Shown: positions 8,201-20,364 of the stretch, in pieces
Layout: each line of letters opens with the position of its first letter
Numbering within the stretch: position 1 is the stretch's first letter
DNA from: Epithemia pelagica
Lineage: Eukaryota > Protista > Bacillariophyta
Reading direction: 5' to 3'
Assembly: GCA_946965045.2 (NCBI GenBank)
Contig: OX337228.1
Span: forward strand, 1,550,001 to 1,614,000
DNA length: 64,000 nucleotides
Notes under the pieces: model-generated
Seen by the model: only the letters and a program-made list of their open reading frames with translations
Databases searched by the model: none
What the model was told of the DNA's origin: nothing
Position numbers and translations under genes: made by a program

Positions 8201-11200
8201 GACGGCCAAGTTAAAGTTCGAATCTACATGATTGGGTTTGTCGACGACACAAGCGGCAGTGTCAATGACTTTCTGCTTCCAGAACCAGCGCCTCCCTCCC
8301 ATTACATTACTCGCGCTACTCATGACGCTCAGCGCTGGAGCAACGTACTCTCCCTTTCAGGGGGGGGACTTCAGAAGACCAAGTGTTCCTATCATTTCAT
8401 GTTCTACAAATTTACTATTGACGGCTTGCCAGTTCTACAAGGGGGCGAGTTTGGACCAAAGATCGAAATCGAGTTTGAATCTGGAGATTCCCTTCGTTCA
8501 TTAAAGCAACTTTCGGCTTTTTCAAGTCACAAGACCTTGGGTGTTCACAAAGCTCCCAGCTCCACCAATAAAGGCTTGTTCGAATCTCTAAAGAAGAAAA
8601 ACACGCAACACACTGCCATTATGCATCGCAGTCCGTTCTCACCTACGGATGCATGGGCATATTATCACTCGATCTACCTCCCGAGTATTTGTTACCCATT
8701 TCCGTCATCCACTCTCTCGAAACAACACTGTCTGAAACTACAAAGAGAGTTTAAAGTTGCGTTCCTCCCTAAATTCGGAATGAATCGATGCACCTACAAT
8801 GCTGTGGTATATGGTGCTGCGGATTATGGAGGCCTTGCTCTTCGGGATCTGTCAGTTGAATGCGGTATTGCTCAAGTGTATATGTTCCTCGCAACCATTC
8901 GACCTTGTTGAGTCGCTTCAGACCTTGCAACCATAATGCTATCGTGGGGCCAATTCTTGGCCGGAACTAGCAAACCAATACTCATGGACCTACAGCGACG
9001 GCTGCCACACATGGACCCGATGCAATGGTTACCTGCTATGCGAAATTTTCTTCAGTCGGTAAACTGTCAAATTGAGGTTGGCCTGGATTTTGTACCCCGA
9101 CTTCAACGAGAAAATGACCTGTTCATTATGGATCACGCCACTGCATCTCCTTTTACTGACGGAGAACTTAAATTGATTAATGCGTGCCGAATCTACCTTG
9201 GAGCAACGGTTCTTAGTGATATCACAACTCCTGATGGCACAACCTTCAATAAACACTGCTTGCAAGGTCAACGATCCCCATATTCCACTGCTAAAGGACT
9301 TGTTCCTTACCAAGAACGACCAGGCCCAAGAGCATGGCAGCTCTGGCGGCGCTTTCTGAAGACTTTAACCGTTGCACAATCAAAAGCACTTCTTGCCTCA
9401 CCCCTTGGCTTGTGGACAGTTACTGGAAACGATACCCTCCGACAATGGCATGCATATTTCTCACCGAGTCATACTCTACTGTATGTACTGGAGAATGATG
9501 GTTATCATGTCTATGCCCCCACAATGCTTCGCCGGTTCATCAGTACTGGACAGATTACACCTATATTGCCTCCTCACTCCGTTCCAGCCTTCACAAGGGC
9601 TGAACCGTTAGGTTTCCGGGCTTTGTTTTCCTGGTCACATGCAAGTCCACCTGTTATTTCTCCCGCTCCAACGACTCTACAACAACATCAAGAACGATTG
9701 CCTAAATGGGAGCGTGATTTGCTCAAAGGTATCACCTTTATTGCAACCCCTGATACTGTGCTCCAATGTTTGCAATCTACTGGCCCTGCTACCATCATCC
9801 CAATACATCTCTGCAGTGATGGATCTGCTCCGCTGTTCCGTGGCTCGTTTGGCTGTATTTGCGCTACAGATACCGGTGTTGAACTCTTTTCTCTTGCTGG
9901 ACCTGCCCCAGGCTTTCGAACCTCGTCCTTTCGTGCAGAAAGTTATGGATTACTTTCGCTACTTCAGTTCCTTTTTCGGTTTTGCGAGTATCATGGGATT
10001 TCGCTTCCCCCGAATTTATACCTCTATACTGACTCTAACAGCGCTATCCAAACAATTCACAAAAGACTTGGTTGGGTGCATGACTTTCCATATACGACTA
10101 TGTCTCCAGACTGGGATCTACACCAAGCTATTACAACCGCACTTCGACGGTTCCCGAGCCTCCCTACTTGCCAACATGTTCGCGGTCACCAAGATTCACA
10201 GGCACAAGTTTCAACCCTCTCCCTCCCAGCTCAATTGAATGTCCGTGCCGATTTCTTAGCCTCTCAGTACACCTATCCAGAGGACGTTTCTTCTACACAC
10301 GCTCCCCTTGTTACTGGCGCGATGGCTATCCTTCATGGACCGAATGGCACCATCAATTCGAACTACAGGCAGGTATTACGACGACTTGCATCTGATCCTG
10401 AGATGACCAAATACCTTTGCAGTCGCAATGACTGGAGTCTATCAACCTTTGACTCAATTTCGTGGACGGCTCATGCCAGTGCCCTTCGAGGCCAGTTTCC
10501 CCGTCGTCAGTTCTTTGCGAAGTATCTTCATGACTGGCTCCCATTAGGCGACAAACGTTCTCTGTACGCCGATCACTACCCCTCTACATGTCCTAAGTGC
10601 GAACAAGATATTTTGGAAACACGGGAACATTTTCTCCGGTGTCCTGGTCGCAAATGGATCGGTTCTCTCCTTGACGATCTCCAAACCTATTGTAGTACTC
10701 ACTTCGTTGATCCTGTTCTCCAGAATCTACTACGACAACTTCTCTTATCGTGGATTGCCGGTACTCCCCCTCAGATCTCCTCCCTCTCTCCTGGTTATTC
10801 TGTCCTCCTCGCCCGCCAGTCTACTGTGGGCATACAACACCTCTTCTACGGACGATTCGTGACTGATTGGATAGCACTGCAAGACGCTCATCTACTACAA
10901 TGTCCCCCCACGGAGAAAGGGCATTTTCATGGCTCTATGTTCGTTACAACCTGCATCAAGATCATCTGGGAACACGTCTACCGTCTCTGGTTATCTCGGA
11001 ACCAAGATTTACATGGACACGACAACTCTACCCGGGAATCCGCCGCTTTGGCCCAAGCTCAACGCGAAGTTCAGTGCCTGTACAGATTGCGTCATTCTGT
11101 TGATCCACGTGATCGCATTCTCTTTTACTCAACTCCGGAGGAACACTTTACTACTCATACGACTTCGGCCAGCTTACGCTCGTGGATTGATACTTGGCAA

Positions 11201-11372
11201 CCTGTCATCCTCAAGTCTGTGCGCTCATCCCGCTATTGACCTAGTGTCAGTAGCTTTTCCCTTTGTTAGTCCTCGCGTGTGTAATCGCCACACATGCCGG
11301 GCGCGTCGGTCGGCGTTTCCCCTGAGTGGGTACGTGCGGCAGCGTTATAATAGATTCAATTTTTTTTTTTTT
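8201..11372 (+). mobile_element. 5'-truncated non-LTR retrotransposon (RT + RNase H + CCHC; Ambal-like diatom LINE)
   Basis: RT motif FVDD (8237-8248), DAQRW, HKTLGV; RNase H CSDGS...SSFRAESYG...YTDS...HVRGHQD...LNVRADFLA; CPKC...ETREHFLRC zinc knuckle. One in-frame TGA at 8909-8911 splits the ORF (8114..8911 and 8936..11239 share a frame). T13 tail at 11360-11372; flanked by an 18-bp direct repeat. Confidence 0.93.
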
Positions 11373-11390
11373 GGCAATCTTGACGCCATA
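11373..11390. repeat. Right target-site duplication GGCAATCTTGACGCCATA
   Basis: Exact 18-bp match to 8183-8200, immediately after the T13 tail. Confidence 0.95.
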
Positions 11391-11410
11391 CGCTCCATTT
11401 CATCACCACC

Positions 11411-12811
11411 ATGGGACGTGAAACTACGAACCGGACAAGGGCTGGCGGTCGCCCCGAAGAAGAATACAACAACACGTTAGACGACAACAAAGGCCATCGT
11501 GACGATGATAAGAAGTATCGGGACCACCGTCCACGACGAAGAAACCAAGACGACGACGACGAACGACGCACCCGACGACAACGACGACATGACGACGACG
11601 ACCAAGATCACAAAAGACGAGAATCAATATCCAGCCGCAATCATCGTCCAAGACGTCGTCGATCTGAATCCGATTCTTCTGACGATAACAACAAAGAACG
11701 ACACGATCGTCGATCGGAACGACGGTCACGAGAATCTCGTCATCGTTCCAAATCCAAGAAACGAAAAAGGAGGAATGATCGAGAAGACGAAGAAGAAGAC
11801 TCGCGAAAAAAGAAACACCACAAGAAAAAGAGACATCGTGGACATGACGACTACAGCGACGAATCAGACTCGGAAAAGAAGAAGAAGAACCGCCGACGTG
11901 ACGACGACGACAAGACATCTTCTCATCGTAGAAAACACCACAAGGAAAAGTCCACAAAGGGGAAAACCAAGGACAAGGAAAATAGGCCGGATCGTCCCAC
12001 AACCTTGCGTTCCAATCCACCTCCGAAAGACTCTCTGGTAGATATGGGATCCGTGTTGGGCCATGCACCTTCTCCGTTGCTGGATGAAAACAAGGATTAT
12101 TTTGCCTACCATTCTCATTTTTCCGTCTATTTGTATCGGCGGCATGGATGGGCCTTTTACGATTTGCCCTCCTCGGACGACACGAGACGTGTCTTTCGCG
12201 AATTCGTTCACGAGTACAATGCCGGTCGTTTGGAACGAGGCTATTACAAAAAGACCTTGTTACCGGAAATTCTGCAGCAAGTAAAGACGACTCGGCATGC
12301 TTGGAATTTGGGCAATGACGACATCAACAACAACGACAAGGCTGCTGTCCTTCCATCACACTGTACAACGGCTACTACGAGCACAACCACAAGGAAACAA
12401 TCCTCATCTCGTCGCTCCTTGCCCAATGCACGAGACCGGTGGGAGGCTCAACAATTGGAATTGGCACCCGAGACAATGAGTAGCGACAATCGTCAAGAGG
12501 AACGGACTCTGCAACGACGACACGGCCGTGCCGCGACTGGTGGAGGACGACGGCAGGAGGACCCGGAATTGCGAGACCAGGATTTGTATGATACCAACCA
12601 GCAGGACGAAAAGCAAGCCTTGTTGGATCGTTCGCAACGTCGTACCGCGGCCAAGCAACAGGCTCAAACGGCTCGATTGGCCGCCTGGCAAGCCAAGGAA
12701 CCGCAAACGCAAGCTCAAGTGCTGGAACAATTGGGCCTCGCCGTTCCACTTGGTCACAAAATCACCATTGCGCCCCGCAAGGACGACCCTACTACTAGTA
12801 ATAAAAAGTAG
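11411..12811 (+). CDS. SCI1-like (style cell-cycle inhibitor 1 family) Arg/Asp/Lys-rich nuclear protein
   Basis: RS/RD-rich N-half, then DYFAYHSHFSVYL...FYDLPSSDDTRRVFREFVHEYNAGRLERGYY, matching the SCI1 core pattern DYF...F..WL...F.DL....R..F..FV..WN.G.L...YY. Confidence 0.7.
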   Translation: MGRETTNRTRAGGRPEEEYNNTLDDNKGHRDDDKKYRDHRPRRRNQDDDDERRTRRQRRHDDDDQDHKRRESISSRNHRPRRRRSESDSSDDNNKERHDRRSERRSRESRHRSKSKKRKRRNDREDEEEDSRKKKHHKKKRHRGHDDYSDESDSEKKKKNRRRDDDDKTSSHRRKHHKEKSTKGKTKDKENRPDRPTTLRSNPPPKDSLVDMGSVLGHAPSPLLDENKDYFAYHSHFSVYLYRRHGWAFYDLPSSDDTRRVFREFVHEYNAGRLERGYYKKTLLPEILQQVKTTRHAWNLGNDDINNNDKAAVLPSHCTTATTSTTTRKQSSSRRSLPNARDRWEAQQLELAPETMSSDNRQEERTLQRRHGRAATGGGRRQEDPELRDQDLYDTNQQDEKQALLDRSQRRTAAKQQAQTARLAAWQAKEPQTQAQVLEQLGLAVPLGHKITIAPRKDDPTTSNKK

Positions 12812-13045
12812 GAATCTCCTACAGGGGTTTGTGGCCACTGTGCAGACGAAACAAAATGTGTCAAATAATCATTACAGACAAATGCAGCCACTCGACGGCA
12901 ATAACGGGCCAATCCGTTCCCCGGTTCCAAAAATAAATGCCCTTTCGTCCTTGTTTTATCATCTTAGTAGAGGTCATGCTGAGAGATATTCGCAATTTCC
13001 GTACGTTACGGTACTCGAGTTCAGGTATAGTTACCACATACCTAG

Positions 13046-14122
13046 TTAACTGCGTTTCGAAGATGATTCGGTGGGCGGTGCTTCTTCTTCCTCGTTGGAG
13101 AGCAAGGATTTTTCCAGGTCCTGACTTTCATCGCCATTGTTGTCAAAGACACTGGCATTGGCCGAGGCGACACTTTGTTTGGCCAAGGATTGGACCTTGC
13201 TGGCCCTCATGGGCGCTTGTCGGTACAAACTGCCACCCACCAAACACAGCAGCAAGCTGGCAGTCCCAAAGGGTGTGGCATGTTGATCCCACACCAAAAT
13301 ATTCAACAAAATAGTCAAGCACTTGTTCATGACACCAATCAAGGAAAAGGAGGTAGCCGACACGGTTCCTCGACACCACCAACCGGCATACCCAATGCCA
13401 GTCCCAGCGGCACAACTCAAGAACAAGACAAAACAGGCTGCAAACGAAATGGGGGCATGTTCCATGACGTGCTGGTTAAAGAACTTGGAATATTCTTGAC
13501 CCAAGGCAGCAAACAACATCATGGGGGGAATGCCCAGCATGTTGGTATAGACAACCGGACCCGACAAGGTTTTCAAGTCCACACTTTTGAGGAGTGATTT
13601 GCCATAGGCCATTTCAAAACTAATCATGAACAAGTAGAAAAAGGGCCACATGTACGCTTTGATGCCTTGGGTTTGAAACTTTTCATCTTGGGAGGCATAC
13701 CCCAACGATCCCACTACAATCAAACTCAAAGCGCCCCAGGAGCGCAACGAGGGATATTCCCGGCCCAAAAACAATGCATCGGCTACCGACACCACACAGG
13801 GCGAAAGTGCCTTGAAGACAATGACCGTTTCCACGTTACTGAGTGACAAGGATTTCATGTTGCAATACACACCCATGGCAAAGGCCACAATGTAGTAACT
13901 GTAGGGGACCACATACTTCCATCGAATTGGATCCAAAGGCAACGTAGTCACCAATTTGGCAATGTAGATAAATGCGAGAGTCGCCACTAACTGTGTGGTT
14001 GTGACCAAGGATGGAAAGGGTAAATGATGAAGTACCATCTTGTTGAGTAGCAACAAGGTGCCACTACAAAATGAGTAGGCCAAAATGGACAGGGGAATCT
14101 CCAATCTGGAATCCATTTTCAT
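13046..14122 (-). CDS. Golgi GDP-sugar (GDP-fucose/mannose) transporter, GONST3/4-like
   Basis: About 10 hydrophobic segments; SGTLLLLNK, NVETVIVFK, YTNMLG, and the GxxNK motif in SLIGVMNKCLTILLNILVWDQHA. Confidence 0.85.
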   Translation of the reverse strand: MKMDSRLEIPLSILAYSFCSGTLLLLNKMVLHHLPFPSLVTTTQLVATLAFIYIAKLVTTLPLDPIRWKYVVPYSYYIVAFAMGVYCNMKSLSLSNVETVIVFKALSPCVVSVADALFLGREYPSLRSWGALSLIVVGSLGYASQDEKFQTQGIKAYMWPFFYLFMISFEMAYGKSLLKSVDLKTLSGPVVYTNMLGIPPMMLFAALGQEYSKFFNQHVMEHAPISFAACFVLFLSCAAGTGIGYAGWWCRGTVSATSFSLIGVMNKCLTILLNILVWDQHATPFGTASLLLCLVGGSLYRQAPMRASKVQSLAKQSVASANASVFDNNGDESQDLEKSLLSNEEEEAPPTESSSKRS

Positions 14123-14762
14123 CGTAGTGATCGATTCTGCTTATGCCTTGCTTGGTTGCTTGAGCGCACGTCTTGTGGTTGCCCTTGTTGTGGTCGATGG
14201 CAATTGCGAGGTATAGTTGCAAGAGGATGTATGCCTACCTTATCATAACTCAACTAATAGGGGAAGTCGAAGGTCATTCGGAGGAACGATAACTTTCTCC
14301 CACGCGACTCTTATGCGACAAAAATCGGCCTCCAAACTACTCCTAGAGCTAGTACTCCTACTAGCTACAGCCGGAGAGGTAGTCTCGCTCTTGCGTTAGT
14401 CTCTCTCTTTGTCATCCTAATAGACTACTTTTACGGTCGTGTCGGACAGATACCTAGTTATCTGGATATCTTTGAATGGGACCCCGGTCAGACAAGATAG
14501 GTCGCTCTAGAGGTCACTGTGATATCTGTTCCTGTCCATCATAGCTGGTCGGATTGAACAATGTTGCATGCGTGTGCCGTCCGAAGTGAATGACCAACAT
14601 TGAAGTGGACGAGAACTCAGCAAAGCCATGGACTCGAGAAAACACTTCCTTAACTTCTTTTCGATCCATTGCGCAACGTGTGCCCAATTACAAGTCCATT
14701 CTCGAACAACTCTCGCGTGCGTTGTCGACTTGGTGGTGGTTTGTGTCCTTCGGATCTTTTCA

Positions 14763-16498
14763 TTAATTGGGGAACGTGGGTGCCCCTCGAAGTCCATTAT
14801 GAAGCAACTCTCGGGTTCGTTGTCGACTCGGTGGTGGTTTGGGTCCATCCTTCGGACCCTTAGGTGCCTTCGGTGGGGGTTTCGGGGGTCGACCGTCGTT
14901 AGTCGTGGGTGGTCCGTTGTTATTGCCTCCCAGGAACCCCAACTGATCTTGTTTTTGCGTCCCTTGATTGGGTGGATCAATGAGAGCAGTTGGACGATTG
15001 TTGTTCTCGTCACTACTGTTACTGAAAGCAACGGCCGCACCAACGGCGCCACCAATCATGGCGGCCAAGACAATCAGAATACACAACCATTGATAAAAAG
15101 CTCGTCCTTCTTGTTCTTGCCCTTTCTCCTCGGCGGCGAGTCTCGAAGCTTCGGCCGCTTTAGGGTCCACCACTTCGGCCAAGACGGCTTGGTCCATGAT
15201 ACGCTGTCGAACACGTGCTTCCACAACTTGTTCGTCTTCTTCCACTGTTGTGGCATACAATGTCAATGGCTCATCTTCGTCTTGGAAGACACTCACATTG
15301 GTATTTCCATTGGATACAGACGAGGATGACGACGAGTTACTATTTCTTCGTCGATGGTGAGAAGAGAATAATTTAGAGCCATCATCTTCTGCCTTTTTGT
15401 CATGATCGTACTCTGCACTGTCGTCGCCATCAGGGTTGGTTTTCAAGTGTTCAATTCCCAGCGACGCCTTCTTTTTTGTTTTGGATTTACTCTTGGTGTC
15501 CTCCTTCGAGATTCGTTTTTCCAATGTACTATTGTCGGTGGTCAGTTTCATCACCATGCTGTTCACAGCAAAGGCTCCTTTTTCACCCGTGTTGATTGCA
15601 TGGTCGCTTGTCTGGGATGTCGATTTAGAAAGGCTCCGATCTCGAATAATTTCTTTTTTATCAAGTCGTCGTTGTGTGCACCTTGCTCCTCTCGAGCAAC
15701 GTCTGGGAAGTGAGGGTGGACTTCCTCTTCGTTGTTGGCAGCGTCGTCTCCTCGGGCTCGTGACAACAAACTGCTCATGGAATTCATCATGTGAGTATCG
15801 TCCTCATGATCCGTATCGGTTTGGGATGACGACACAGACGAAGAGGCTGAGGACCAGGAATCCCAGTCACTGCTACTACTGCTTGCGTCATGGTTGCTAC
15901 TACTAGGTTCCCCATCGCCCCGTAGATTGCCAAACAGATCGAGAGGTTCGGGCAACATTTGTGAATGACTGGGTTGCGAAGACAGTTTCTTGGATGCTTT
16001 CTTCTTCTTTTTCGTTTTGGACTTTTTGGATTTGGACTGAAAAGACCTTTCATTTTCTGCGTCAGCGTTGTGAGGCTCGGCACTATTCTTGGTTGTCTTT
16101 TTCCTTTTCTTCTTCTTTTTCTTCGTGATGGAACGACTCTGTCCCTCCAATGAAGACGGCATAGAAGAGAAGGATTCATCGTGTTCATTGTTGTGGGCGT
16201 CACTTGCACTGTTTGGAGTGGTTGAATCTGTGTGAGTTGTTGTCTGGTGCCTTTTCGATTTGTGTTTCTTTTTGGATTTCTTCTTCTTCTTCTTCTGTTT
16301 GTGTTTTGGTGGATTCGGTTCCTGGCCTTCAAGACGATGTATGGGTGGTTGTGGCTGAGACTCGATTTCGGGCACATCCAGTATGATTTGGTGTGATGGT
16401 GTGGACTGGTGGGAAGTAGGGATGGTATCTGGGTGTTGCGACATGGATGGTTCCACGTCCTTTACGTCTTGCAACGGAGACTGACTTTGCGTTGCCAT
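14763..16498 (-). CDS. Lys/Ser-rich single-pass membrane protein, frame broken at about 15655
   Basis: ORFs 15563..16534 and 14763..15566 join by a -1 shift at an A6 run (plus-strand T 15654-15659). TM segment WLCILIVLAAMIGGAVGAAVAF followed by a Pro-rich tail. Confidence 0.55.
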
Positions 16499-17209
16499 GG
16501 TTTGGGAGCCAAGAGGTCTTCTACAATCAATCAATCACGCACGATTCTATTCTCCGAGCATCCAGTCAACGCTGCATCAACAGGGAACGAAACGAAAACA
16601 CTCTACCCGTAGATGAGTCCATTCATCAAGTAGATTGTTGCGGTTTTCTTGGGCTTCGTTGCTCTCGTGCTTTTTTGTTGCCTGCTGGCGGTTTTCGCTC
16701 TCCCCGTCCCCTTCTCACAAAATTCAGCTTTATGTCGTTGACATGTCGTCAGGTCTTTGCTGGTGTACGCTTCCGTCATGTTGATGTTGGTTAGCTGTGC
16801 TGACCCAGAAATCGTTTGTTGATCTTGGGAGTCCATGTCCAGTATTGCTCTATTACAGCATTTAAAGATTTCGTACAGTCGATGAGCATTCACCAGCTTG
16901 TCACGTCCTTATCAAAATCCCAACGATCAAGTCACTATAATTGAATACAAAAGATGAGAATAATAAGTCACGGAACGCTGGAAGTACATAACTTGCATGC
17001 GCATTTTCCATACCCACACGCAATCTACCGTAATGGCAAAAAGATCTCCACCAGAGAACGTGTGTTGTGGAGATATCACTTCTGTCTGAGAGAAACCATA
17101 TCATCTCTTGCTGTATCATCATTACATCCTCGACTCGGACGTTGGGTTGGAACAGGTCTCTTCTGAGGAGACGGTAACGACAGGAAGCACAACACGAAGC
17201 TAGCAAACC

Positions 17210-20116
17210 ATGACGACGATCCAACAACCATCACCTCCCACCGACATGAGTGCCAAAGTGGGTGGTCGAGTGTTTCAGCCAGCCTTGCCCGTCATTGATG
17301 GGAGTGGTCCTACGGAGTTGGAACAGAGCTTTCAACAATCCTTACAGGCTTTCGCCGAAACGGGTATTCCCTTGGAATCCAAGGTGGGCATTGAAACGCG
17401 AGAACGCGTCTTGAATCAAATGGGTCAATTGTGTCGAGAATGGATCCGTTATGTCTGTTTGAAAAAGGGCATGCCTCGTGATGTAGTCGAAAGCGCCGGA
17501 GGACAATTGTTCACCTCAGGTTCTTATCGATTGGGTGTCCATGAACCCGGGGCTGATATTGATACCATTTTAGTTGCACCGGGAGGTACGTGTGTTTGTT
17601 TGTTGTTGTGAATTGTGAAGGGGAAATGGGGCCTCAGTTCCAATTTTGCTTGGTTACTTTGGCTACGACAGTGGTGCGACGAGAAGATTTCTTCGGTACG
17701 GCCTATGTGGCACCGGATTCGAATGGGGATGACGAAGTACCTCAACGCGATCCAAATTCCTTGGCCGAACGGATTCGGGCCAATCCCGATGTCACCAACT
17801 TTGTTCCGGTCGAAGGAGCTGGTACGTATTCACAATCCGTATTCCTGTATGTGTGCCTTGACTTTGTCGTTGTCGTCGACTGCTCACTCTGTCCATCGCT
17901 TGCACTAGCTGTACCGATTCTTACCTTTGATTGGGAAGGCATCAATATTGATTTGTTGTTTGCCCGCCTGAACTCCAATACGGTTCCACCCGACTTTGGT
18001 AAGAAACGAGTCGCTGTGAATGTTATTGTATCATTTATGTTATATGCTAAGTTGGTTTGTGCCCTTTTTATGCTTTCCTTCTCGTTCAATAATATCGAAA
18101 GATATTGACAATGATGCCGTTTTGGATGGTGTTGACTCGGCGACGGAAAAATCCATCAATGGTCCTCGTGTCACAAATCTCGTGGCTGCATTTGTCAATG
18201 GGACTCCACAACGGTATCAAACCTTTTTGACCGTGGTTCGGTGTGTCCGTAAATGGGCCAAGGCACGAGGCCTGTATAGCAACAAAATGGGATATTGGGG
18301 TGGTGTCAATATCAATATTGCCGTGGCACAATGTTTGCAGCTTTATCCCAATGCTTGTCCGGCCAGTTTGTTACGCAAATTCTTTTTGGTCTTCAAAACA
18401 TGGCGCTGGCCGCAACCAGTCATGCTTACCAAACCGCACGATGCTGGATATGGATTACCCGTGTGGAGCGCCCAAACTTCCATGCGACAAGTCGCGCCCA
18501 TGATCACACCGGCTTATCCCGCCATGAATTCCACTCTATCCGTCTCGCGACAAACGTTGCAGATATTACAAGAAGAATTCAATCGTGGACATGAAATTGT
18601 GGATGGATTGTGGAAACAGTTTCAACGAAGCCCATCGTCGGACCCTGTTTCATTGGATTGGAATGCACTGTTTCAAAATTCAGACTTTTTTATTTCCTAC
18701 CCCAACTATTTGTCCCTCTGTATTGTGGGCCCCTCCCAAATCGAAGCTCAAGCATGGGCTGGTTTTGTCGAATCTCGGTTGCGTAAATTGGTATCCGATC
18801 AATTAGCACGGAGTTTGCCACTCAAAAAGATTCAATTGTGGCCCAAAAAGCTGGAAGCCTGTGTGGCCGATCAAGGAGCTTTATTGACGGCCGCCCAACG
18901 ACAAAACTCTATTACCTACTTTGTAGGCTTTTATGTAGACAAGATACGTATGCGTGGCGATCACTTGAATATTGAAATTGCCTTGCAGAATTTTCGAGAT
19001 TGGGAATTGAGCCGGTATCAACCCCTTTTGCCTGGCATGGATGTCTTGGTCAAGAACTTCAGAGTCAAGGAATTGCCTCTCCTTTGCTTCCAAGACATGT
19101 ATGAGGGCGGTAAACTCGAGGCCATGAAGAAACGTCGTCATTTCAAAACTCATGACCCCGTCCGACAGGAAAAGAAACGAGTGGCACGGTTAAATGAGCT
19201 CAAAGCCAAAATGGCGGAAATCCAAAAGAAAAAGGAAGAACAGCAACAACAAGAACAAGATGACCGCAAACGCAAACGAGAGGAATCGGGCGACACAATG
19301 GAAGATGACGAGGAGGCAGAAGCAAACGCCGAAAACTCAGCGGCGGTGGTTGTCAAGGCCGAGGAGGATGAAAACGCTCAGAACGAAGTCAATGAAGAAA
19401 GCAACATGTTGGAAAGCGCGTTGGATACAGTCAACCAGAAGACCAAGGAAGAGGCAGAATCGGATCGTCAAAAGCTATTGGCTGGCGAACTGATAGCAAG
19501 TGGGGGTAGAGGACCTGGAGGCGATGAGGACAATGACGAGGATAGCAGCGACGACGAAGACTTGATGTATGCAGGGGACGATGCACGATCGAGTTTCTTG
19601 AATCAAGTGCCCAAGATTAAAAAGAAGCGCAGCAAAAAGTCTCTCTCCAATGAACAAGATTCTCTGCCAAACAATGAACAAGAAGATGCGGCACCGACCA
19701 TGACCAAGGACATACGGTCTCTACCCATTTCACAAGAACGAGCGAACTTTTTGAAACAATTGGGTTGTCACATTGTTCGCGATGAGGACGCCAAAGTCTT
19801 GGGTGCAGACCTTTTGCCACCATGGCGCTTCGACAAGGATCTCAAGGACGACAATAATACCGGCAAACCAAATCGGTCTCGTCGTCCGCTGGACATGGTC
19901 GATATCAAGTCGGGATCGATTCGATTCGCCAAGCCATTTGATATTGTCGAGTTGGATGCACACGGTCATGTCATTGACAAGGGAGATGACGACTTTTCGC
20001 CGAGCAAAAATTGGTCGGGTCGACGAGCAGGATTCGAGTTCAAACTAGGAGAACGTGGTTTGGGATACTACCGTACAGGGACGAAGGTGGTGGTACCATC
20101 CAATCGAGCCTACTAA
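17210..20116 (+). CDS. PAP: Canonical nuclear poly(A) polymerase, 4 exons
   Basis: Exons 17210-17585, 17672-17821, 17909-17998, 18102-20116. LFTSGSYRLGVHEPGADIDT, VPILTFDWEGINIDLLFARL, SINGPRVT, RCVRKWAKARGLYSNKMGYWGGVN, ITPAYPAMNST, GFVESRLR. Confidence 0.96.
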
Positions 20117-20364
20117 GTTGGGGTTACTCGTTTTATAGTACGGTGCTCTAGCTATACCAAGAGGATGCAGCCGCCAAGTGATTTCTGGTGGGCATTGGAA
20201 TCGTTTCCGTTGGTTACATCTTCTGCCGCTGCGTTACATCTCTTTCCCAATGAAACGAACAAACAAGCGATGCGAAGCGAAGCAGTGGAAAGGAATGGCC
20301 CTGTCATCATTTTTGCGAGAGGACGCGGCTGTTTCATATGTCAACGCGACCATTCCTCCTTGTC

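Noticed and set aside
8909-8911. Programmed TGA readthrough in the LINE
   Set aside because: The copy is 5'-truncated and non-autonomous; a point mutation is the simpler explanation.
16603-17200. 96-aa minus-strand ORF and nearby AT-richer DNA as a gene or TE remnant
   Set aside because: No ATG context, stops upstream and no recognisable motif.
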